Assembly: GCA_963776225.1 (NCBI GenBank)
Contig: CAVZLL010000002.1
Location: 151,585-215,584 of the forward strand
Reading direction: 5' to 3'
From: an uncultured Acidimicrobiaceae bacterium
Lineage (GTDB): Bacteria; Actinomycetota; Acidimicrobiia; Acidimicrobiales; RAAP-2
DNA length: 64,000 nucleotides
Shown piece after piece: positions 29,819 through 37,935 of this stretch. Every line of letters begins with the position of its first letter. Position 1 is the stretch's first letter. The notes under the pieces are model-generated. The model searched no databases. It saw only the letters and a list, made by a program, of their open reading frames with translations, and was not told the origin of the DNA. The position numbers were made by a program, and so were the translations under genes.

Positions 29819-31018
29819 ATGCTCATCGACGGGCTCCGCCGGGTCACCGACCATCTCCGGTCCTCCCTGGCCGACCTCGACCCCGAGCGTCTCAGCGGAG
29901 GCGACGCCGCCTGTCTGCTCGAGGCCTATGCGGAGGTCGAGCGCCTGGCCGCGGCCGGCAAGCTCCTCGCGGCACGCCGCGTGGAGTCCTCCAACATCTG
30001 GCGGCGCACCGGCCACCGCTCCGCGGCCGCCCACGTCGCCGAGGCCACCGGCACCGGACTGGGGCCGGCGATCACCGCGCTCGAGACGGCCCGGAATCTC
30101 GGCTCCCTGCCCGCCACCGATCAGGCGGTGCGTCAGGGAAAGCTCTCCGAGAGCCAGGTCAAGGAGATCGCCGGCGCGGCGATCCTCGAGCCCGGTGCCG
30201 AGCACGACCTGGTGGAGACGGCCGGTCGACAGCCGCTCAGCGTCCTCAAGCTCCGCTGCCGTCGGGTGAAGGCGGGCCGCCAGGACCAGCACAGCTCCTA
30301 CGAGGCCATCCGGAGGGGCCGCTACCTCCGCAACTGGGTGGACGGGGACGGAGCGGTCCGCTTCGACGCCCGCCTCACCCCGGACGAGGGAGCCCGCCTC
30401 CTGGCCTCGGTCAAGGGGGAGGCCGACCGCATCGCCGCCGACGCACGCCGGGCCGGCCTCCACGAGGCGCGCCGCGCCCTCGACGCCGACGCCCTGGTCT
30501 CTCTGGCGTGCGGCGGGGCGAGCGCAGGCGGTCACGGAGCCGACGGTCCCGGGGCCATGGTCCACGTCCGTGTCGACCACGCCGCGCTGGTCCGCGGCCG
30601 GGTCGAGCCGGGGGAGCTCTGCGAGATCCCGGGGATCGGCCCGATCCCGGTCGAGGTGGCACGGCGTCTGGCGGTCGACTCGATCCTGAGCGTCCTCGTC
30701 ACCGACGGGGTCGACGTCACCGGTGTGGCCCACACCGGCCGCACGATCCCGGCACCGCTCCGAAGGGCCCTCGCCGAACGGGATCCGGTCTGCGTCGTCC
30801 CCGGGTGCGGCAGCCGCGAAGGCTTGGAGATCGATCATGTGACCCCGTACGCCGACGGCGGGAAGGCGAGCATGGAGAACCTGGTCCGGCTCTGCCATTG
30901 GCACCACTACCTCAAGACGCACCACCGGCACGGCCTCGAACACGACGGTGACGGCTGGCGCTGGATCGCGCCCGACGATCCACCCAGGGTGCCGCCGCGG
31001 ATCCTCCGGTCGGGTTGA
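29819..31018 (+). CDS. DUF222 + HNH endonuclease (REP13E12-like family)
   Basis: N-terminal DUF222-like helical region. C-terminal CVVPGCGSREGLEIDHVTPYADGGKASMENLVRLCHWHH is the HNH motif. Confidence 0.85.
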   Translation: MLIDGLRRVTDHLRSSLADLDPERLSGGDAACLLEAYAEVERLAAAGKLLAARRVESSNIWRRTGHRSAAAHVAEATGTGLGPAITALETARNLGSLPATDQAVRQGKLSESQVKEIAGAAILEPGAEHDLVETAGRQPLSVLKLRCRRVKAGRQDQHSSYEAIRRGRYLRNWVDGDGAVRFDARLTPDEGARLLASVKGEADRIAADARRAGLHEARRALDADALVSLACGGASAGGHGADGPGAMVHVRVDHAALVRGRVEPGELCEIPGIGPIPVEVARRLAVDSILSVLVTDGVDVTGVAHTGRTIPAPLRRALAERDPVCVVPGCGSREGLEIDHVTPYADGGKASMENLVRLCHWHHYLKTHHRHGLEHDGDGWRWIAPDDPPRVPPRILRSG

Positions 31019-31024
31019 GGACAC

Positions 31025-32335
31025 CTACGCGGGTTCGTCGTCCCCCTCGAACACATCGGCTCCGGCGCCTTCAGGGGTCGCGCCGTGCTCCGACCGCCAG
31101 AGCGCTTCCGCGCGGAAGGCAAGCTCGCGGAGGGGCCTCCCGGTCCGCCGGGCTGCCAGCCTCACGTCCTCGTGCTCGGCCTTGATCCGGTCCGCGCTCA
31201 CCTTGACGCGGATCAGCTGACCGTCCACCAGGACCGACTCGATCGAGCGGGCCGCAGGCCACCGTTCGCCCGTGCTGAGGCGCACCCCGAGCGAGCCGGT
31301 CTCCGACCGCAGGACGCCGCGCAGCTCGCGGACCCGGGCCGGGTCGCAGAGGACGTGGACCAGGTGTCCCGGCCGGCCCTTCTTCATGAGCACGGGCGAC
31401 AGCCAGGCATCGTGGGCCCCGGCCTCGAGCAGGCGCTCGATCGCGTGGGCGAGCTGCTCGCCGGTGGCGTCGTCGACGGCCACTTCGAGGAGCGCGACCG
31501 GCTGCCCGGCGTCCGCCTCCGAGCCGTCGGGGTCCCCCGGTGAGACCCCTCCCGGCGCGTCGGTCCGCCGACCGGTGACCACCTGGGTGCAGTTGGGCAG
31601 CTCATCGAGCTCGCGCCGTCCGGCACCGAACCCCTGGCGGTCCACCAGCATGGGCGGCATCGGGCCGTAGCCCGAGGAGAGCGCCGCCAGGAGCGCGGCG
31701 CCGGTCGGTGTGGTGAGCTCGACGGCGATGTCCCGGCCCCAGGTGGGCACGCCCTTCAGGAGCCCGACCACTGCCGGAGCCGGGTTGGGGAGCATCCCGT
31801 GGGCAGTCCGCACCATCCCCATCCCGATAGCCACCGGACTGGCCCGCACCTCGTCGATGTCGAGGACCTCGAGGGCCGCGGCGGTCCCGACCACGTCGAT
31901 GATCGAGTCGTGTCCACCGACCTCGTGGAAGTGGACCTGGTCGATCGGGCGGCGGTGGATGCCGGCCTCGACCTCGGCGAGCGCTCCGAAGGTCGCCAGG
32001 GCACGGGCGGCGACCCGCTCGGGCAACCGTGCCTCCTCGACCAGCCCCACGATGTGCGCGTAGGTGCGGACGACCACGTGGTCCTGGACCGTGACCACCG
32101 CCCGGCTGGCCGCGATGCCGCCCCGGAGCACCGGTTCGACCTCGAGGGCCCACCCGCCGAACGGGAGCCGTTCGAGCAGCGCGAGCACCTCGTCGATCTC
32201 GGCGCCGGCGTCGATGAGGCTGCCGAGGGCCATGTCCCCGGCGATCCCTGCGAAGCAGTGGAACCAGGCGAGCGAGCGAGCGCCGTGAGCGGGCGGTGGG
32301 ACGGGCCTCACGACCGGCGTGCGCACTCTCCTCAC
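31025..32335 (-). CDS. larC: LarC, nickel-pincer cofactor nickel insertion protein (DUF111)
   Basis: FHCFAGIAGDMALGSLIDAG ... HFHEVGGHDSIIDVVG ... TPTGAALL. The GTG start lies inside the last 14-nt repeat unit. Confidence 0.9.
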   Translation of the reverse strand: MRRVRTPVVRPVPPPAHGARSLAWFHCFAGIAGDMALGSLIDAGAEIDEVLALLERLPFGGWALEVEPVLRGGIAASRAVVTVQDHVVVRTYAHIVGLVEEARLPERVAARALATFGALAEVEAGIHRRPIDQVHFHEVGGHDSIIDVVGTAAALEVLDIDEVRASPVAIGMGMVRTAHGMLPNPAPAVVGLLKGVPTWGRDIAVELTTPTGAALLAALSSGYGPMPPMLVDRQGFGAGRRELDELPNCTQVVTGRRTDAPGGVSPGDPDGSEADAGQPVALLEVAVDDATGEQLAHAIERLLEAGAHDAWLSPVLMKKGRPGHLVHVLCDPARVRELRGVLRSETGSLGVRLSTGERWPAARSIESVLVDGQLIRVKVSADRIKAEHEDVRLAARRTGRPLRELAFRAEALWRSEHGATPEGAGADVFEGDDEPA

Positions 32336-32429
32336 GCCATCCTCCTCACGCCGTCCTCCTCACACCGTCGTCCTCACGCCATCCTCCTCACGCCGTCCTC
32401 CTCACGCCGTCCTCCTCACGCCGTCCTCC
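32332..32429 (-). repeat. 7 tandem copies of a 14-nt unit GGAGGACGGCGTGA filling the whole larB-larC gap
   Basis: Plus strand reads TCACGCC(G/A)TCCTCC x7, with one unit TCACACCGTCGTCC. Coordinates are anchored on the ORF-track larC start (32335) and the larB stop (32430-32432). Confidence 0.9.
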
Positions 32430-33248
32430 TCACGGCAGCATCCGGGCGACCGCACACGCTGCGCCGAAGCCGTTGTCGATGCCGACGACGGTGATTCCCG
32501 CCGCGCACGACGCGTGCATGGCCAGGAGGGCGGTGACGCCTTCGAGCGCCGCGCCGTACCCGGTGCTGGTCGGGACGGCGACGACCGGAGCGGGTGTGAT
32601 CCCACCGACCAGGCTGGCGAGCGCGCCCTCCATCCCTGCCACCACCACGACCGCGTCGGCCTCGGCCAGCTCCTCGGCCGAGGCCAGCATCCGATGCACG
32701 CCGGCCACGCCGCAGTCGGGGAGCAGCGTCGGACGGAACCCGAGCGCGGTGAGGGTGGCCTCGCACTCACGGGCCACGGGCAGGTCGGAGGTCCCGGCGG
32801 TGACCACCAGGGTGCGGGACGGGCGCGCGGCGGCGGGGCGCCACACCACGGTCGAGAGCTCCCCCCTGACCTGGTCGGCGCCGGTGGCCGTTCCGGTGAC
32901 CGTCCGCAGGCCACCGGGGTGGTCGGCCGTGACGGCTCCCACCTGTTCCCCGTCGGCACGGGTCAGGATCACCGGGGCACTGCCGGTGGCGCCCTCCGCC
33001 GGGGTGCCGCCGGGCACCGCGGTGCCCTCGGCGAGGAGCTCACCCACGATCGCCGCGCACTGGGCTGCCGACTTGCCCTGCCCGTAGACGGCCTCGGGAA
33101 GACCCAACCTCAGGTGCCGGTGGTGGTCCACCTTGGCGAACCCGAGATCGGCGAACGGGAGGCGCCGCAGTCGGAGGACTGCGTCGTCGGGGGTGCACCC
33201 GCCCGAGCGCACGTCGTCGAGCAGGCGTTGCAGCGCAGGTTCGTCCAT
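32430..33248 (-). CDS. larB: LarB, pyridinium-3,5-biscarboxylic acid mononucleotide synthase (AIR-carboxylase-like)
   Basis: LPFADLGFAKVDHHRHLRLGLPEAVYGQGK ... VVTAGTSDLPVARE ... VVVAGMEGALASLVGG. The ATG is at residue 14 of the track ORF. Confidence 0.9.
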   Translation of the reverse strand: MDEPALQRLLDDVRSGGCTPDDAVLRLRRLPFADLGFAKVDHHRHLRLGLPEAVYGQGKSAAQCAAIVGELLAEGTAVPGGTPAEGATGSAPVILTRADGEQVGAVTADHPGGLRTVTGTATGADQVRGELSTVVWRPAAARPSRTLVVTAGTSDLPVARECEATLTALGFRPTLLPDCGVAGVHRMLASAEELAEADAVVVVAGMEGALASLVGGITPAPVVAVPTSTGYGAALEGVTALLAMHASCAAGITVVGIDNGFGAACAVARMLP

Positions 33249-33271
33249 GATGTTCACTATCCTGCCTGTGC

Positions 33272-34288
33272 ATGGCCGAGGACGCACCTCCTGGTATCCC
33301 GCCTGGCCGGCCGCTCCGGATCGGGTTCCTCGGCCCGGAGGGGACCTTCACCGAGGAAGCCCTCCTCCGCGAGCCCGAGTACGCCGACGGTGAGATCGTG
33401 CCCCTCGACTCCCTCGCCGACGTGCTCGAGTCGGTGGTCCGGGCCGACGTCGACCTCGGCTTCGTGCCGCTGGAGAACGCGATCGAGGGCACCGTCCGGG
33501 ACATCATCGACAGCCTGGTCTTCGATTACGACCTGCGGATCCAGCGGGAGGTCGTCCTCGACGTCCACCTCCACCTGATGGCCGCACCGGGCACCGCGCT
33601 CAGCGACGTCGAGCGGGTGGCCTCGATCCCCGTGGCGACGGCCCAGTGCCGCCGATTCCTCAACGAGCGTCTGCCCCAGGTGGAGACGGTGGCCACCAAC
33701 TCCACGGCCGACGCCGCCCGCCTGCTCGGCGAGGGCGACCCCTCGATGACCGCGCGCCCGACCGCGGCCATCGCTCCCCGCCTGGCTGCCAAGCTCTACG
33801 GTCTCGAGATCCTGGCGGACAACATCGAGGACCACCCGGACAACCAGACCCGGTTCGTCTCGCTCGCCCGGACCGGCATCCCCGCCCGGACCGGCCACGA
33901 CCGCACCAGCATCGCCTGCTTCCAGAGCGCAGACCACCCGGGAAGCCTCTACGCCATCCTCGGCCACTTCGCCGCCCGCAGCATCAACCTGACCAAGCTC
34001 GAGTCACGGCCGACCAAGCAGGCGCTCGGCGACTACTGCTTCATCATCGACTTCGAAGGCCACATCGGCGACGCGGTGGTGGCCGACTGCCTCGCGGATC
34101 TGCACGCCGAGCTTGCAGGGGTCAAGTTCCTGGGGTCGTACCCGGTCGCCGGTCCCGCGGGAGCGGCCATACGCGAAGAGGCCGACCAGTCCCGGCGCCA
34201 CGCCACTGCGTGGATGGAGGGGCTGCGGGGCGAGATCGCCACGCGCCGGTCCGGCCCGGGCCCGCCGGCGGGGAGCGAACGTGCGTGA
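33272..34288 (+). CDS. pheA: prephenate dehydratase
   Basis: IGFLGPEGTFTEEA, NQTRFV, and ACT domain LTKLESRPTK. Confidence 0.95.
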   Translation: MAEDAPPGIPPGRPLRIGFLGPEGTFTEEALLREPEYADGEIVPLDSLADVLESVVRADVDLGFVPLENAIEGTVRDIIDSLVFDYDLRIQREVVLDVHLHLMAAPGTALSDVERVASIPVATAQCRRFLNERLPQVETVATNSTADAARLLGEGDPSMTARPTAAIAPRLAAKLYGLEILADNIEDHPDNQTRFVSLARTGIPARTGHDRTSIACFQSADHPGSLYAILGHFAARSINLTKLESRPTKQALGDYCFIIDFEGHIGDAVVADCLADLHAELAGVKFLGSYPVAGPAGAAIREEADQSRRHATAWMEGLRGEIATRRSGPGPPAGSERA

Positions 34289-34345
34289 CCGAGCTCGTCT
34301 CGTGCCGGGCAGCGCGATGCCGTGCAGCTACCCTGACGCGCGCCG

Positions 34346-34430
34346 GGAGGGATGGCAGAGCGGACAAATGCGCGGCTCTTGAAAAGCCGTGAGGTGCGAG
34401 CCTCCGTGGGTTCGAATCCCACTCCCTCCG
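34346..34430 (+). tRNA. tRNA-Ser (anticodon UGA)
   Basis: GGAGGGATGGCAGAGCGGACAAATGCGCGGCTCTTGAAAAGCCGTGAGGTGCGAGCCTCCGTGGGTTCGAATCCCACTCCCTCCG. Acceptor stem GGAGGGA/TCCCTCC, anticodon loop CTTGAAA, and a long variable arm. Confidence 0.9.
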
Positions 34431-34577
34431 CTGTTGTGATGTCTCAAGACATCGGAGACCGGTGTCTGGTTCCAGTGCACCGGCTGCGGACATCCCCTTG
34501 CCGAAGGCGCGCTCGGGAGGACGTTTGTCTCCGCCAGAGGATCCTGGCCAAACTCCTTGGATTGGTAGCATCCGGCC

Positions 34578-35063
34578 ATGACCGACATCCGGGAAGACAC
34601 GGTCACCGCCCTCGAAGAGGTGGCCGATGCGCTGAAAGATGCGCAGCGCGCCCTGCGGGTTGCCGAAGTTGCCGCGCGCAAGGCATTGCGAAGCGAGAGC
34701 CGAGGAGTTCCCGATGCCACTGTGCTGCGGAACACACGGGTGGCCGACTATCGACCAGATGTAGACGAGGCCCTCACGAACCTCGAGCGAGCGCGCCACA
34801 GGGTGCTCGTGGCGAACTTCCGGGTTGCTCTCGGGGACGGAATGTCCATCTCGGAGCTTGCCCGCAACTACGGCTTCTCACGCCAGCGTGCCGCACGGTA
34901 CGCCAAGGAGGCTCAAGGAGGTGGTTGGGGTTCGGGGAAGTCGGACGCTCGCACAGTTGTTCGAGGTCTTCAGCGGTCCGGGCGCCGATCGGACGACGGC
35001 GAAGTGACACGTCCTGAAGCTGCCGCCGGTTTCGAGCCTCCGATGAGGGACTGCTCCCTCTGA
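34578..35063 (+). CDS. hypothetical protein with C-terminal HTH-like segment
   Basis: 161-aa ORF in a lower-GC patch just after the tRNA. MSISELARNYGFSRQRAARYAKEA resembles a sigma-region-4/HTH motif. No family recognised. Confidence 0.45.
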   Translation: MTDIREDTVTALEEVADALKDAQRALRVAEVAARKALRSESRGVPDATVLRNTRVADYRPDVDEALTNLERARHRVLVANFRVALGDGMSISELARNYGFSRQRAARYAKEAQGGGWGSGKSDARTVVRGLQRSGRRSDDGEVTRPEAAAGFEPPMRDCSL

Positions 35064-35359
35064 GGGTTGGAAAGCAGTCCCAATCGCCGAGCCCGAAATG
35101 CCGAACACGGCGTCGGAATTCGCCAACAATTTGGGAACGGGCGGCAGGGATTCGACCGGGCACGGGCTCAGATCGCCGTCGACAAGACCCACTAGCCTGA
35201 CGACCGGTGGAAGACCGCTGTACGCCACGGCTGTATCTCGAACTCGGGGGTGGAACCGAGGGCGACGGCGCGCGCCGGGCAGCCGAGCTGCAACGCGATC
35301 CCGGTGTAGGCCGGACCTCGTGGTGGGCCAACTGTGTTCCGGGGCGCACCGAACTTCCA

Positions 35360-35881
35360 ATGCGCGTGCCGGATGGGCCGCTGCTGGTCGTTGCCGAGTT
35401 GAACGAGACCTGCGCGCTCCCCGTCCCCGGGCAGGACGCCACGGCGGTGTGCTTCCGCCGGCACCGGCGCCCGAGCCAAGGCGTCCTGACCGGCCGACCG
35501 ACGACGGGACTGCTGGTCGTCTGGATCAGCCCCCGCACACCCGAAGAGGCTGAGACCCTCCGTGACTGGGGCGATTTCGTGCACATTCGCCACATCGCCG
35601 CAGCCGGGATCCCGGGGTTCACGCAGATCTCGGTCTACGAGAACGAGAGGTCCGGCGACCCGCAGTACATGCACTTCTACGAGTTCGACTCCGACGATGC
35701 CGAGGCCACCTACCAGACGATGGTGGACTTCGTCGCGCCACGGCTCGGGGGTGTCGCGAGCGAGGAGTTCACCGACTGGGCCGATTGGCGGAAGCCGGGT
35801 GGGCGGCTCTTCTACTGCAACACGTTCCGTCTGGCGGGCGATACGGGCTCCGGATCCCCACCGTCGGGCGGCACCGGGTAG
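35360..35881 (+). CDS. hypothetical protein (possible dimeric alpha/beta-barrel, EthD-like)
   Basis: LLVVWISPRTPEEAETLRDWGDFVHIRHIAAAGIPGFTQISVYEN...MHFYEFDS. The start is chosen at the internal ATG. The fold guess is weak. Confidence 0.5.
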   Translation: MRVPDGPLLVVAELNETCALPVPGQDATAVCFRRHRRPSQGVLTGRPTTGLLVVWISPRTPEEAETLRDWGDFVHIRHIAAAGIPGFTQISVYENERSGDPQYMHFYEFDSDDAEATYQTMVDFVAPRLGGVASEEFTDWADWRKPGGRLFYCNTFRLAGDTGSGSPPSGGTG

Positions 35882-35915
35882 GGCCCGCGATCGCGACACG
35901 ATGTGTCGTTTCGCT

Positions 35916-37193
35916 TCACGACCGGTCGCGGCTGACCCGGGCGCGCTCGGACAGAAGGGCGCGCTCCTGGCCGTTCGTTGCCAATGCCGCCGCCCGCTGG
36001 AACTCCGATGCCGCCTCGCCGTGATGGCCCAGCCGGTCGAGCAGGTCGCCTCGCACGCTGTAGAGGAGGTGGTAGCGCTCGAGCGTTCCGGTATCGACGA
36101 GGGCGTCCACCAGAGCCAGGGCTTCTGTGGGACCCGAGGCCCACGAGACCGCGACGGCGCGGTTGAGTTCGACGATCGGCGAGGGTGTGACGCCGGCGAG
36201 CATCGTGTAGAGGGCGACCAGCTCGTCCCAGTCGGTCTCCTCGGGCCGGAACGAGCGGGCGTGGCACGCGGCGATGGCGCCCTGCAGGGTGTAGGGACCT
36301 CGAGTCTCGGCGAGCTCGTCGGCACGGGTCAGCGCAGCTTCGCCCCGCGCGATGTGGAGGCGATCCCACGTGCGGCGGTCCTGGTCGAGGAGCAAGACGG
36401 GCGCGCCGGCGGGACCGATGCGGGCGTTCAGACGGGAGGACTGGAACTCCATGAGCGCGACAAGGCCGTGTACCTCGGGTTCGTCGGGCACGAGGGCGGC
36501 GAGCACGCGGCCGAGGCGGAGTGCCTCGCCGCAGAGCTCGGGCCGCACCCAGTCCTCGCCGACGGTGGCCGAGTAGCCCTCGTTGAAGACCAGGTAGATG
36601 ACCTCGAGCACCGCACTCAGCCGCGAAAGACGATCCACGCCGACCGGGACCTCGAAGCGGACACCGGCCCGGGCGATGGTCTTCTTGGCCCGCACGATGC
36701 GCTGCGCGATCGTGGCTTCGGGGACGACATAGGCCCGGGCGATCTCGGGCACTGTGAGCCCGCCGACGAGACGTAGGGTCAGCGCCACCCGGGCGGGCAC
36801 CGAAAGGACGGGGTGGCACGCCACGAAGATCAGGCGGACTCGATCGTCGTCGATCTCCTCGCTCGACACCGTGCAGAGCACCGCGTCGTCCTCGGGCCCG
36901 ACCGTCGGACGAACCGATTGCTCGCGCCCGATCTGGGCGTACTTGGCGGACAACGTGCGGTGGCGGCGGTAGGCGTCGATGGCCTTTCGTTTCCCGACGG
37001 CAGTGAGCCATGCGCCGGGGTTCTGCGGGCTCCCGTCGCGGGGCCACTGACGGAGTGCGTCCACCAGCGCGTCCTGGGCAAGCTCCTCGGCAAGAGCGAT
37101 GTCGCCGGTGAACGCGGCCAGCACCGCGACCACCCGGGGAAACTCGACCCGGTAGACGGCCTCGATCGCAGCGGTTGAATCGGTGGGCGGCAC
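35916..37193 (-). CDS. ECF42-type sigma factor with long C-terminal (TPR-like) extension
   Basis: Region 2 is FPRVVAVLAAFTGDIALAEELAQDALVDAL and region 4 is LTVPEIARAYVVPEATIAQRIVRAKKTI. A further roughly 230-aa helical extension follows. The upstream YciI/DGPF gene is the hallmark context of ECF42. Confidence 0.85.
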   Translation of the reverse strand: MPPTDSTAAIEAVYRVEFPRVVAVLAAFTGDIALAEELAQDALVDALRQWPRDGSPQNPGAWLTAVGKRKAIDAYRRHRTLSAKYAQIGREQSVRPTVGPEDDAVLCTVSSEEIDDDRVRLIFVACHPVLSVPARVALTLRLVGGLTVPEIARAYVVPEATIAQRIVRAKKTIARAGVRFEVPVGVDRLSRLSAVLEVIYLVFNEGYSATVGEDWVRPELCGEALRLGRVLAALVPDEPEVHGLVALMEFQSSRLNARIGPAGAPVLLLDQDRRTWDRLHIARGEAALTRADELAETRGPYTLQGAIAACHARSFRPEETDWDELVALYTMLAGVTPSPIVELNRAVAVSWASGPTEALALVDALVDTGTLERYHLLYSVRGDLLDRLGHHGEAASEFQRAAALATNGQERALLSERARVSRDRS

Positions 37194-37247
37194 CCCACCG
37201 ATTCAACCACCGCCTCGCGCACTGAACAGGACGTGGACCGACGCCGG

Positions 37248-37586
37248 TCAGACCACCGGGCGGACCCGCACCTCGCCCTCGCCCAGGACGCCGAGGAAGC
37301 GCTTGGACCACTCGACGGCCTCGGGAAGGTCGCGGCAGTCCATGATCGCCCAGCCCCCCACCAGCTCCTTGGCCTCGGCGAAGGGCCCGTCGACTACTGA
37401 GTACTGCCCCTCCTTCAACGTGATCCGGGCGCCCTCGGAGGTCGGGGCGATGCCACCGGTGGCGACGATGATGCCGGCTTTGGTCGCCTCCTCCACGAAA
37501 CGACCCATCGTCTCGTAGAGTTCGGGGGACGGGGGCTCGGTCGGGGACTCCGCCTCGTTGGCCAGGGTGTATCCCAGGAATCGCAT
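37248..37586 (-). CDS. YciI/DGPF-domain protein
   Basis: 112 aa, MGRFVEEATKAGIIVATGGIAP...VVDGPFAEAKELVGGWAIMDC is typical of YCII-related proteins. Confidence 0.85.
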   Translation of the reverse strand: MRFLGYTLANEAESPTEPPSPELYETMGRFVEEATKAGIIVATGGIAPTSEGARITLKEGQYSVVDGPFAEAKELVGGWAIMDCRDLPEAVEWSKRFLGVLGEGEVRVRPVV

Positions 37587-37640
37587 GGTCTGCTCCGTTT
37601 CTCTCCTTCGTGGGCGGCGTTCGCCTCACGCTGCCAGAGC

Positions 37641-37667
37641 GTCGAACGGGCCGGGTCTGGATCGACA
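37641..37667 (-). promoter_or_regulatory. candidate ECF42-type promoter (TGTCGA-N16-TCGAC)
   Basis: Minus strand reads gTGTCGAtccagacccggcccgtTCGACgc, about 55-80 nt upstream of the yciI ATG. It resembles the TGTCGA / CG(A/T)C motif that I recall being reported for ECF42. Confidence 0.45.
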
Positions 37668-37707
37668 CATCGGCGGAGAAATTCCGGATGGCCCAAGACG
37701 GGGCCCA

Positions 37708-37788
37708 CCTGGAACGCCTGGAACGCCTGGAACGCCTGGAACGCCTGGAACGCCTGGAACGCCTGGAACGCCTGGAACGCCTGGAACG
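37708..37788. repeat. perfect tandem repeat, 9 copies of 9 nt (CCTGGAACG)
   Basis: Counted directly in the sequence. It lies in the 349-nt divergent intergenic region between yciI (start 37586) and the YceI-like gene (start 37936). Confidence 0.95.
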
Positions 37789-37935
37789 GCACGGCGTGCT
37801 CGCAGTCCGCAGTCACGCCGCCCGAGCGGTCGGACCGGTTGGACCGCTCGATGATGATCCCCTGCTCTCCCTGGTCAGACATGGATGGCGGGGATATGGT
37901 CCAGGTGTACCCAGCGAGCGACACAGGAGGTTCAG

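Noticed and set aside
32296-33578. Plus-strand ORFs beginning with repeated SSRHPPHAVLLTPSSS peptides
   Set aside because: The peptide repeat is just the 14-nt larB-larC array read on the wrong strand. The remainder is antisense to larB.
32332-37788. Possibility that the tandem arrays (14 nt x7 and 9 nt x9) are CRISPR arrays
   Set aside because: The units are directly abutting with no spacers and are far shorter than CRISPR repeats. No cas genes are present in the window.
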